A stretch of DNA of 43,508 nt from Kondoa subrosea (lineage: Eukaryota). The notes beneath the pieces were generated by a model. The model ran no database searches, was not told where the DNA came from, and was given only the letters and a program-made list of their open reading frames with translations. A program made the position numbers and the translations under genes. Below, piece after piece: positions 1 through 12,091 of this stretch. The stretch is from NCBI GenBank assembly GCA_039545335.1, contig BCIN01000001.1, positions 4,191,347-4,234,854 on the forward strand, in the 5' to 3' direction. Each line of letters starts with the position of its first letter. The first letter of the stretch is position 1.

Positions 1-1611
1 GCTGAGAGAAAAGCATGGACATACTTTGCGCGTCGTAGTCGAAGCCATCATTACAAGTAGCAGAGCAGATACAGTTCAATCGAGCCTTCTTGTCTGTCAA
101 TTCCGAGCAGATCTGTTTTGTGTCCGCTGCAATACAAAGTACATCCTCAACGTTGTCCAATTTCTGGCAAGGAGTTTCACTTCTGCCACAAGTATCGATA
201 GAGCTAGCATCAACGCAACTAGGATCTGAACTTGATTTGGGTCGATAGCCAGAATTCTAGACAAGCTGTTGGTATAATAGAGAGCAACTGTCGGAGAACT
301 CACCTCGTCACAGACCTGCAGATTTCCGTTAGATGGATTCAAGTCCTGATATGGAATCCTTGACTTACGCATTGATTCTGGTTATTTGGGACCGAATGCT
401 CAGGACAAGTCTTGACGCAAGGACTATCAGAGCGAGTAGGATCTTGTCTAGCAAAGCCATCTTTGCATTTCTTGCTGCAGACACAACTATCTCTCTGGCT
501 TGCATCAGTCAGGCTTGAACAGTCGCCGTTCAGATCTGTAGAGGTAGCACATGTTGCGTCTGCGTTGGTATCGATTGTGGTACAGGCTGTATGATCTTGA
601 CCACAGAAATCAGAGGTAGTGATGTCTCTGCATTTCGTGCCATCGTAAGCTTGACCCTTGTGCAAGACCTTAGCCAAATGCAAAAGCTGGATCGTCATTG
701 ACTCACGTCGTTACATTGCCTTGGATCTGGCGCAACGGTAAGTACTTTAGCGGGACATTGCTGCTTGATTTGCGCGTCTGTCGTTTTAGTGGCCCACTGA
801 GAACAGGGTTTCCCGATTTGATCTTGTGTTACGCTAGCGTTCTCCCAATCGATTAGAATCATGTTCACTGAGTCATCTGAGCCAGCGGCTGCTCTCAATT
901 TGGCCATGGCAGCTTTAGAAAGATTGAGATCTGTTGGTCCGTAATTTGGATCGGTGAACTGGTCACAATTAGCTTACAGATGTTGGCAAATCAGATTGAC
1001 CTACAGCATCAGCAACAGATAACTGTATAAGCAATTAGCAGTGCTCCATTAGCGTTCTATGGCGGCTGCATAAACGCACTGTTAATATTGCATTTGCTTG
1101 TCCTTTCAAGTAAATAGTGACATATGCACCACACCACCTAATACAGCATCACTCAATTCGGCCAACCCATCTGCAAAGGAAAGATTACTCACTCTGTTGA
1201 AATCTCCACGGAGCTCCGAATCAGATCATCCAGAAGCAATCCTAGAACTTACTTGGTCCACCGAAGTAGGGGGAGTGAGACTACGGCCGGGCGCAGTCCA
1301 TAGCGATGCAGCTATACCAACCCCTGAAGAAAGGTCAGCGAAAGGAAACAGCAGGAAGTTTTCTTTACCTACATAAAGCGTCCTCGGAATTGAAGCATCC
1401 GCATTTGCCAACTCTGTGATGAAGGTATATGCAATATGAGCATGATTGACGACGTGTCAAGGAGAGCTTACGAATTGCAATCCGTCGTGGTCCAGATTGC
1501 TTTTCCCGTATTTCTTGCAGCCGCTTGCCGAGGCTCAAAAGCTGATTTAGCGAGAGTAGTGCTGACGAGTAGCAAGAAGTAAAGATTGTAAGATACCATA
1601 TTGGTAAGCAT
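1..1611 (-). CDS. Secreted cysteine-rich repeat protein, multi-exon, 3' end outside the window
   Basis: The minus strand from ATG 1611 (or 1599) reads MLTNMVSYNLYFLLLVSTTLAKSAFEPRQ, which is signal-peptide-like. Multiple GT..AG introns follow, then Cys-rich exons with two homologous ~60-aa repeats (453-632 and 41-217). Exon structure between ~950 and 1320 is not fully resolved. Confidence 0.7.
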
Positions 1612-2163
1612 GGTAAGAAGAGTCACGATACAGAGCTTCAGAAGAGTTAGATCTTAAACAAAGGGAAATGGTAGGCTTCAAGCTAAACTCCCATCAAGAA
1701 GAAGCAGAAGAATAGAGTCCGAACAGCCAGCACAGTTGCATCTTCGAACCTCCAGACAGATACTTTACCAAGGTGAAATCGAAACCGTCGGAGTAAGTTC
1801 TGATGCGAGTTGATGCGAGTCCAGTAATCATCGTCAGTGAAGAATACCACAGCAGAAAGATCATATTAAGACAGCAGCGGAGCAAAGCAGAGCAGCTAAC
1901 CGCCAGATTGGTCGTCCCAAGAGAAGAAGACGTCGAAATAATGGTCTTCTAGCAAGAGCCATGGCATATGGAGCTCCATGGAGATGTGCCTCCAGTTGGC
2001 CACTGAGCGTCGCGCACTATTCTGCGACCAGATCCTACTGTTCACCGCAACCACTGCATGTTATGTCTGAGCTGTGTCTCCGAGCTTCCCGTTTTACGCA
2101 ATGAATACACGCGAGCTATGCTGCTATGTAAAAGTCAATTGTCAATACTGTTGTCTTTGCAAC

Positions 2164-2180
2164 CCTCTCTCTCTCTCTCC
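2164..2180. repeat. (CT)n microsatellite / pyrimidine tract upstream of the ABC transporter start
   Basis: cctctctctctctctcc is directly visible ~35 bp before ATG 2214. Confidence 0.7.
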
Positions 2181-2213
2181 TTGTCTCCGTTTTGAAAGGT
2201 GCCAGTAACGCCT

Positions 2214-5200
2214 ATGCATATTTGCGAAAACGACTTCCACTTGGGAGCTTCCATCATCGCTGAATGTCGCACCACTGGTCAGTCCAGCGTTGTGCATGGT
2301 TCTCTGTACTGATAATTCTATAGATTTCACTCTTGTTTTTGAGAACTTGTACGTCGCTGAATCACATATGTTCGACTTGTCGAACTCTCAATGACAGCGC
2401 CCTATCGGCCATTCCAAATCTATGTTTCTCCGTTGTGGCATCTTGGCTGATTGCGAATTTCCGCCGCAAGCCTAATCTGCTCCTCAAGCGGTCTACTCTA
2501 CATTTAGGAAAAATATTGCAGGTCTTCAAGCTCTTGGTTTGTCTGACACTTGTCGTGTCTGCTACCGCTACTCTCGCTGATTGGAGACCTCGCGAATGGT
2601 CTGGTTTGCTATCGGCGACGTCAACTTTGATCCTCTGTTTGGTCTTTCTGCCTTTGACAGTTCTAGATCATGAGCGAACTCCCGCTGGTCATCTTGCAAT
2701 TGCGATGTTTCTATTCTTCTCCGTTCTATTCGATGTACCTCGCATTCGAAGTCTGACATCTTCAGGCATTCTACAAGATCGTACGGCAATAACTACTGGT
2801 TTCTATCTAAACTTCTCCTGCAAGATCACTCTGTTCTGCTTGGCTAATGTAAACAAGCGTAAAATGTTAATGCAGCAAGACCTTGGCGACGAGCATTATG
2901 AAGTGTTTTTGCAAAAGCTTTTTATGGCTTCCACGACATCCTTGATAATCAAGGGATATGCAACATCGCTCGATCTCGCCGACCTACATCCTCTACCGCT
3001 TGCGCAATCGACGGCTGTCTGTCATGAGCGTTTTGCCAAATACTGGCAAAAGAATCAGCCAGGCCAAAAGAAGATCAAGCATGCCCTCTTGAGATGCTTG
3101 GTTAAAGCATTCTGGGTGCAAATCCTCAAGTACTTTGTTCTGCGTACGTACTGTCGGACCGTCCGTTTTCAGATGTCCTTACTGTTTGGTAGAAATCTGG
3201 AATATCATTGCTTTGGGTCTGCAACCGTTGCTACTCTACTCAATATTGCGATTTGTGCGGAGTTATCAGAACGGCAACTCGCAGGAACCGTGAGCAAGCT
3301 TGTTTCACGATATCTTAGCAATCTCTAAGGACTTTAGTGTTCTACATGGGTATCTTCTGCTTCTTGCCTACATTCTCGATTATGGCTTCAACGTGAGTCA
3401 AATGTCTTAAAACGTATTAGATCTCTAGACACATTGTGCCCAGGTACTAGTCTTTGCCCACCTGCGACTGGAACAGGCTAAGCTCAATGTTATGGTCCGA
3501 GGCGCGCTCACGCCAGAAATCTTCGAAAAGGCACTCAAGCTGGACATAGCCAATATTTCTGCCATTGGTACCGGAAAAGCTAGCAGTCTGCTATCAGTCG
3601 ACGTCGCTTGCATCATGCGAGGCTTCACTATTGCAACTGTAGTCGTTCAAGCTATCGGACGCACCTTTTGCTCCGTTTTGTGAGCAAGAATCAGCTGTAT
3701 GTGGACGTATGGACGAAACCTGATCATTCTCTTACAGTGTGGCCGCTTTCATGATTGGTTGGCTAGCTGCATTTCTTCTCTTCGGTCTTATCGCAGGGGC
3801 TTTGGTGCTCTACAGTGGATCTGTGCTAAAGCTCAGCGGGTCTCAAACCACATGGTCACAAGCAAGCGATTCGAGGATCAAGCTAACGACGTCTTTACTC
3901 AAAAACATGCACTCGGTGAAGACCGGTGCTTATGAAGAGACGCTCGGAAGCAAAATCAACAGATTGCGACAGAAGGAATTGGACAGAATGACGACCTTTA
4001 AGAGGCGTAGTGTCTTGTCCATTGCAGTCAGCGGTAGGTCGGGTTTTTTGGTGAATATCGTGTTCCCGCTGAGCTTCTATGTCTAGAGCTGATCATGCAG
4101 AATTCTAAGGCAATGAGCATAATGTGGGTCTTTTAAAAAAACAGTACAGCTATGATTTGACGAAAGGATAGTATTTTCGCCTTGACAGCGTTTTACGGTA
4201 GTCAGAAGTTCACCTTAGCTTTGGCATCTGCGGTCTTCACCTATGTAAGAAACTTTTGCCTGCCGAAAGTATATGCCAACACCGCTATGACAGACAGACG
4301 CCGTCTTCGGCTCGTGGCAGGATGTCGGCTCTTCCATGTCTGAATTGTTCATGGCTGGATCATCATTCGAACGTATTGAAGTAAGCCTTTGGGCTGTATT
4401 TGTTCAGCTGTCTTTATAGTCTTGCAGGATTTTCTCGGACTTCATGAAAAGCAGACACCTTCAGATACAAGCAATAAGGACAGCTCAACATCTTTGGACG
4501 CTAAATACGAAAAGCAGGTCCTTAACGATGCAGACATCTCTTTCGAAGCGGCTACTTTTGGGCTGAACAAGCAACCCTTCCTGCATTATATCTCTGCTAC
4601 AATTCCCTTAAATCGCCTCACTATGATCTTTGGTCGTAGCGGCTCTGGTAAATCAACTCTTCTGCATGCTCTGCTGGGTGAATTGGATCTGCAAAGCGGA
4701 TCATGCGCTATACCTCAATTCTCGACGATTGCTTACTGTTCACAAGATTCATTCTTGATGTCCAACAAAACTATCCGAGAGAACATAATCGGCAGCCGTC
4801 CTTGGGATGCATCGCTATACGCTCAAACTATCTCTGCTTGTGCTTTAAAACAAGATTTTAAGCTTGTGTCCGAAAACAAGCGAGCAACTGGTCTTTCAGG
4901 CAAGCTTGTTCCTCTTGTATGCGATATGGCACGTCAATTGAAAGCTTGCGCTTTCAGGCGGTCAAAGAGCGCGGATATGTCTCGCTAGAGCAGTCTACTC
5001 TGAAGCACCATGTTACCTGTTGGACGATTGCCTGAGCGCATTGGACGCAAAAAGCGAAAGTCACGTCTGGAACTCTCTATTCGATAAGCAGAATGGGCTT
5101 CTTCGCGATAAAACCGTTGTTATGGCTAGCAATATGATCCATCGCATGCAGTCAGCAGATTGGCTTCTGCTTGTGAACAAAGGTCTTCTAGTCGAGGAGG

Positions 5201-7745
5201 GCACTGTGCAGAATTTGCTACTTTACGGTAAACATACAGCAATGATGTTGCAGGAGTTGAAGAAGACAATCGATCGCAAGACAGACGAAGCAGAAGCGGA
5301 ATACGCATCGAGGTATGAAGATGCTTCTGGAAACCCAATTCAAGACAGCATCGCGGAAGAGTTATCAAAGCTAGGTTGGACCGGCAATGCTGCAGGGCTG
5401 TATATCAAGAGTGTCGGCTGGAAGAAATCAGCGATACTGCTTCTCCTTACTATCACCGTTGTAAGTAACCAGTGCCTTGTCCGCTGACAAAAACTGACCT
5501 GCTGACTACGAAGTGGCCTCTGTGGCAGAGTGGACTTCTCTCATGATTTTCACTCAATGGGCCACTTATATCGAGACGCGCGGTCTGTCTTCAATGCCGA
5601 AATGGATTGGCGGCTTCGCTGGTGTGCCGTGCCTTATAGCGGCTCTTGTCACTGTCAGCTTGAAAGCCGCGGGAAGAATTTACGATTGCTGACTGATCCT
5701 CCCTTTCATAGGCTTTGCATTACTTTCAAAAGGTAAGTAGCTGAATCATTGTTTCCGAATAGCGTGATCGAATAGTTTTGCAACGAAGGTTATCTATGCA
5801 CCGACCGGCAGCAAAATAATACACGAGCAAGAGCTGAAGGGCCTGTTGATGTGGGGCCCAGTCATTCTGTCTTCTCTTCGAGTTTGCTCACTCAGGTTTC
5901 AGGTCATCCTCTGCCGCTGTCGACGTTGGTCTTCTACAAAATCGCTTCTCTAGCGACGTGCATGTGTTGGACAGTGAATACTGGTCTGCTTTTGAGCAAA
6001 CAATACAATTTGTTGTGCGGACATTAGCGACCTTGATTCTGGTAGCTGTGGTCGGAAGAGTGAGCTACTGTATCAGAACATTGAAAAGCAGGCTAATGAT
6101 ACGACAAAGTATGCAGTTCTTACAGTGATTGTCGTCCTGGTCCTAGGTTCCATCATGCAGCGAGGTTATATAGCCACATCTACCAGATTCAGGAAACTCG
6201 ACGGTGGTAAGTCAAAATTGGCTTCTTCATCTGTGACTGATTTGATGTATCAGCCAGCAAATCCTCATTACACACCATCTTTGGCCAGATATTTGACCTA
6301 GATGGCATTCGTACAATAAGAGCGCTGGCTTACCAAGATGCTATTAGCGAGACATTCGTGGAAGAATTCGAGAAGTCGCAAAGGACACATTGTAGGTCTT
6401 CGGTTATCTACAATAGATCCGATATCGATCTTTTTGTTGGTTAATAGACACGATGACAATGCTACAACCGTGGATCATTCTATACGCGACTTCTATCGCC
6501 AGCTTGGTCGGAGTTGTCCTAGTACTGATTGCTATACTCCTTCGAGAGAGTACATCGTCTAGCTGGTTAGCTGTCGCTATGGTCCAATCCATGACTTTGA
6601 CCTGGCTGGCAAGTCTTGGATCTACAACCCCGAAAACTGAATTTTGATACCACGCTGTTAGGTTTTCTGGTTAATCTTGGCTTTGACGAATCTTGAAGTG
6701 GCCAGCGTCTCGATTGAGCGGATCCAAGGCATTGCTACTTTGCCCGCTGAAGAACCTTCGCCTGTTGACAATTCTAAGTGGATCAACATTAGCCCTGCAG
6801 TCGAATTCGATCAAGTGGTAGCACGCTATGCGACAGATCTACCACCAACATTGGATCGAATTACATTTCAAGTTAAAGCTGGTCACAGAGGTGCGCTCAA
6901 AGTCAAGGTATACTTCCGTGCTGAGCTGAAACGATCAAAGTTGGACTCGCTGGTAGAAGTGGTTCCGGAAAAACCACTACTATGAATGCCCTATTTCGTA
7001 TGCTCTCGCTCGAAAGCGGAAGCATCAAAAGTATGCTTTCTTCCGCTCACTTGCTTCGGAAGCCTTGTCTGATTTCTCACTAATTAAGTTGGCGGCCACA
7101 ATATCTCTACACTCAGCTTACATCAGCTTCGAACTTACGCAGCTATCATTCCACAAGATCCCATGATACTCGATCAGCTTTCTATTCGCGAAAACTTGGA
7201 TCTCGAAGGCAGTTGTTCTGATGCGGAAATTTGGTCGGCTTTAGAGGCTTGCGCTAGTAAAGAGATGGTGGAACGCTTAACTGACAAATTGGATGCGGAA
7301 GCTACTTCTGCTGGATTCAGCCGAGGGTGAGTTTCACCTCTTTTCATGCGATGGAGGGAGAGGATTGATGAGAAGTGTGATTTTGAAGACAAAGACAGTT
7401 GTTGGCTATGGCTAGAGCTATTCTACAAAAGAAGCAACTCCTGTGCTTGGATGAAGCGTCTTCTTCTTTAGATCATGCGAGCGATCGTTTGATGCAAGAA
7501 GCTTTAAGGACTGCTTTCGCCGGCAGAGATGTGACAATGATCATTGTTGTACGTGTGCTTTTTCAAAACAAGCAGACACAAGCTGAGATAAGAAAGGACA
7601 GGCTCATCGGATCAAGACTATCATTGATTGCGATCATGTTGTGATTCTTGATAACAGTAGAATAGTAGAACAAGGCTCGCCTGAAGAGTTGATTGGCAGA
7701 GATGGAGAATTCGCTGCTTTAGCTAGAGAACAGGGATGTATTTAG
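2214..7745 (+). CDS. ABC transporter, ABCC/MRP subfamily (two TMD-NBD halves plus N-terminal membrane extension), many introns
   Basis: Spliced N-terminus MHICENDFHLGASIIAECRTTDFTLVFENL resembles fungal ABCC N-termini. NBD1 has Walker A GRSGSGKS, signature LSGGQRAR (split by an intron) and Walker B LLDDCLSALD. NBD2 has GRSGSGKTT, IIPQDP and LCLDEASSSLD. Ends QGCI-TAG at 7745. Confidence 0.92.
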
Positions 7746-7840
7746 ATCGAGGTAGCAAGTGTTGTGTGAATATATTGACGTAGTGCCGAATCGTTTGCTT
7801 TTGCTTTTGATGCCCTAGATCCTATACAAGTGTATTTGAT

Positions 7841-8765
7841 CTATAGACGAACGGATGATCCCTCTTTCTTGCCCAATGAATGTAAATCCTGTGCATCTTT
7901 AATCAGCCAGACACTGAAGAAGGTTTAGATTCATACATACCGCTTCTACTCCCATAAGATGTGATTTGACATTAAGCAAATCCACATGTTGACCGTTCTG
8001 TACGTGTCCTCTTCAAACGTATGCTCAAAGGCAAAAGCCTGAGTAGAGACGTACAGTTACTTTCTTCAGTTCCTGCCTTAGCGCGCTCAGATCATCTTTC
8101 GTGGTGATCTTGGCTTTTAATGTTCCCAATTCTCTTTCCAGCTCATCGATCCGTTTGAGTGAAGTAGTGAGTGATTTAGTACTTCCTTTGAGTTCTTCTA
8201 CGCTGACGAGCAGAAGATTCGAAGCGGACTGTGAAGTAACCAATCTTCTTAGCTTGATACAGCTGAAGAGACCGGTCAGCTCACCTGGAAAGTAATGAGC
8301 TTGAGATCTGTGCGTCGTCAAGGGGACACTAACCTGATATTCATCAAACAGTTGCGAATAGCCCCAAGTTCCAACACCAGTCCTGAGCACTCCTCTATTC
8401 AGCATACATTCAGACACTCTTAGACGTAACTGACAAGCCTAACAAGAAGCCAATCAAGCCTGCACGGAAACCGCCTATCGGTCTCTTTCTGTTCTCAGAT
8501 CACTGCATCAGCTGAGAACCAGCTAGAGGAGAAACTTGACGAACGGTTTTATGAGAGGTTTAGGAGGAGGTGCATGATGCACAACAGGTTCAATAGGTTT
8601 AGGTTCTACGACTTTATGTTGAACAACAGGTTCTGGCATTGTTTGATTTGCTGCAATTGATGGTTGAGATTGTTGAACACCAATAGGAGCAGTTGGAGCT
8701 AATTCAGCATTGACTGAAGGTAGTTTAGCCCAATGTCTTGCTGTTGTTGAGAAAGCTCTTTGCAT
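7841..8765 (-). CDS. Conserved fungal small mitochondrial membrane protein (presequence, one TM helix, coiled coil)
   Basis: MQRAFSTTARHW presequence-like start; RPIGGFRAGLIGFLLGLS hydrophobic segment; coiled-coil exon SVEELKGSTKSLTTSLKRIDELERELGTLK; last exon DLHSLGKKEGSSVRL-TAG. Confidence 0.75.
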
Positions 8766-8793
8766 CGTCGTTGCTCTCAAACCAAATTCACAA

Positions 8794-11700
8794 ATGTCGG
8801 GCAAAAGGAAGAGGGATGATAGTAGAGGTGGCAGCAGTCGTAGAGGTAGAGGAGATAAGAAGAGACAGCGTACGAGTAACAGGGATGCAAGAAGCATTCA
8901 GGTCCAGAAATCAATGCAAGCCAAAGGTGAAGTAGCTCGAACTTGCTCATATGCGTATCTGCTGACTGGAGAGGCTACAGACTCTCGCGCTGGCTTACCT
9001 GACAATGTGGAAGTGGAACCTTTCGTACAGGTCTGTTTGCGCTTTCATACATGACTTCACTTTAGAAGGTTGATTATGTACTCAGGCTCGTTCTTTCGAA
9101 ATCGTAGCTTTGGAGAGAAGCATGCAATCCGCAAAGTCAGTAGATGAAGTGGTTGTGCAATCTTCATGCTCATCTGTTTCCATCTTTTGACAGAAACGCT
9201 GGAGCACAAAGAGCTTTTCAATCCCTACCTCGTCATTTACGTAGACGTGCAGCAAGTCATGATCTCCGTCGCTTACCTGTAAGACTACGAGCGAAAGCTT
9301 TGCGTGAGGTAAGTCTGCTCTCTCATCGATTCTTCTTCAGAATTAATGAGTTGGGAGTTTTACAGGTCGAGAAAGATAAGACTATTGGACCGAAGAAACG
9401 TAAACTACGCGATCTACCTTTCAAGAAGAAGATGAAGCTTCTCAAGGGCAAAGGCTTTGGTTACAAAGACAAGCTGATGAAACGTAAAGGTGCGAGATCG
9501 GGCTCTGTCGTAACCTTAGTTGCTTATGCGGTCACTCCTTCTGGTACAGTCGCCAAAGGCTGGTTGGAGACACATCTCTGGCATGCAAAGCGAATGCACA
9601 TGGTCAATCTTTGGGGTCGACGAATAGTCAGCTTTGATCTCTCCACCTAGATTAACCTTACATACTTTGAGCAGGCCATGACACCTACTGAGAAATCTTT
9701 CAGACCTGCTTATCGAGCTGCGCAACATGGTTGTATAGCCCACGACGCTTCTTACACCGATACTTTTATCTTGAGCTGGTCTTTTGCGGAACTTAAAGCC
9801 GTCTTTGGTAGAATCTGTGATCCTACTGAAGTATCTCCTTCAGCTGTTCGGTGCGTACGATGCTCAAGATATTCAGCCTTTTAGCTTATTTTGAACCATC
9901 CTGATGCACAGATTTAATTCTGGAGCGAGAATCTGTACTTCTACTATCTATGCAGCTGCAGACTTTCCTTTTAACCTTATTGGCTCAATCCAAATCTTAT
10001 GGGATCCTCTACCACCTCATGTAACAGCAACAGATCAAACTAAACGAACAATTACAATCTTTACTCATCCTTCTATAAGTGGAATGGTTCAACGTCAATT
10101 AAAATCATCAATCGAAACAGTCGAAACCGATCGAATACTAGATTATGAAAGAGAAATCTCTTCTTTAGCTAATTTAACGGTTAATCCAGCTGAACAAGAT
10201 TTCAAAGAAAAAAACGAAAAGAAATTGATCCTTTTACAACAAGAAAGAAAGAAATGGTTGTACAAACCTGTTCTGATACCTAAAGAAGGAACGAATGTTT
10301 TTGAATTCGTTGGACCGGAAAGTGGTGCGGTTTTGTACAAGTTGTTGAGACCTGTTGTTGGTACTGCGATTGATAAGACTGAGGTGGGTTCATGCCACTA
10401 GCTCCTGGAATGGCGATTGAAAAACTTGGTCCTGTTAGTTCTTGAGATTGGTTTCGTTACAAGGTCCTTCAGCTATTGGTGTTGGAGTACTTGTACGGAT
10501 GGACGTCTACGATCCTAGACTGAGGTCAGTCTCTTGTGAATTACAACCATGTTGTGCAGTTTCTCAGGAAGGGAATGACAGTTTCCCACCACGCAAAAAT
10601 GCTCAAATCCAGCCCAATCCGAAAGCTAAAGTTCTAGGCTCTACCCAACTGTATCACTCTGAAAGGAACATCTTCGATCAAGGTCCTCCCAGATACAGCA
10701 AACTAGCGCTAGATGAGCGTCGAAAGCAGAACAGGGAGATGAGCGAAAGTACTGGTTTACGACCCGAAGCGAATGATGATCGAGTACCTATTATCATCTA
10801 CAGACAAGACATCGCTTCTGGTAACAAAGATTCTATCAGTGGACTTACTCTTGTGGTACCGAAAGATTGGGGTATGGCATTCTGGCACTCGATTGCCTAC
10901 TGTTCTGTTCGCATTGGAGGACAGAGGGAGAAAGCTCAACAACACTTCGAAGCTGGTCAACCTACTTTCCCGCAAGATTACTTACTTTCTCAACCTGGAT
11001 TAGAGATGTGGACGATGATCAAGAACCATTGGGAAGAAAGTTGGAAAAGGAAACCACCTGCCAAAAGAGTCAATTACCTGAAAGCTGGAACATTGCATCC
11101 CTGGAATCTAAGCGCAACGGCTTTCTTACCCACTTCCGCCGATCAAGGTATCAAATCACCTATCTTGCTTCGAGGCAGACTACTCTCAGATTTATTGGAG
11201 TACTTTGATCGTCAAGGCAATTCGCCTCGGTTCAGTGATACACCAGAAGCATCAAGCCAAATCAAACTCGCCGATGCAACAGGCGCTGTGCTTCATAATG
11301 GAATAGCAGAAGCATACAAGAAGAAAGGTTTACCGCTTATTACCAACATGATGCATCATGCTATTCTCTTTGAACGACTTTACGATCAGATCTGCGTAAT
11401 GGCTAGATTGATCCCTCTCAACAAGGGTTCACCCGAAGATATGGCAATGGTCTATTCTTTGTCGGATGAAGAGGAATGGAAGCGATGGTGCGGTGTGTTG
11501 AGACGGCAGAAGCTTGATGAGAGTGTCGAGATCGATTATGAGGAAGTGAGTGATCTTTAACATTGCCTTCATTTCTTGCTGAGAGATCGATCAGGATCTG
11601 GTACTCGATAACAAGAAAACTCTTATGGGCTTAGTCACTTCTGGTAACCATTCTCTTAAGCGAGCAAAAGGCTTTGGCATTTGCACCATTTCGTTGTCTG

Positions 11701-11880
11701 AGTATTTGCAAATCAAAATCAGAGATCATTCGTAAGGTCTTCCTTACTTATTCTTGACGAAGTGTCTCTGATGTGGTGTCGAATAGTCTGGACAAGGATG
11801 ACCCTTTACGTAATCTAGTCGTTTTCAAAAATAGGAATTCCCGCATGTTAAGATTTGCAAGACTTGATATCATTATATAA
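8794..11880 (+). CDS. POP1: RNase P / RNase MRP protein subunit Pop1
   Basis: Diagnostic motifs QRAFQSLPRHLRRRAASH, WLETHLWHAKRMHMVNLWG, TPTEKSFRPAYRA, WGMAFWHS...RIGG..E..Q.HFEAG...FPQDY and WKRKPPAKRVNY. C-terminal GLVTSG and VVFKNRNSR; stop TAA at 11880. Confidence 0.95.
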
Positions 11881-12091
11881 GTAACAAGAGGGGAGATATG
11901 ATACGTTCATCATTAGATACCACACATAACAACAAGATAGTATAACAATGCAATCATGAGATTAAGAAACAAAGAAGTCTACTAAAAGAAATAAACAAAA
12001 CTCTACATACACCTCAGCTATATACGCACAACCATGAGAAGCCTAAACTGAAAAGCGAAACGTCCATATCCATATACCTAACAGCACAAAA

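Noticed and set aside
1694..1885. Minus-strand ORF containing DGFDFTLV, resembling the ABCC N-terminal DFTL motif
   Set aside because: Only a short match in a 63-aa ORF with no further transporter similarity; chance is the simplest explanation.
1968..1979. 12-bp palindrome atggagctccat in the divergent intergenic region
   Set aside because: Single short palindrome with no repetition or known motif; not distinguishable from chance.
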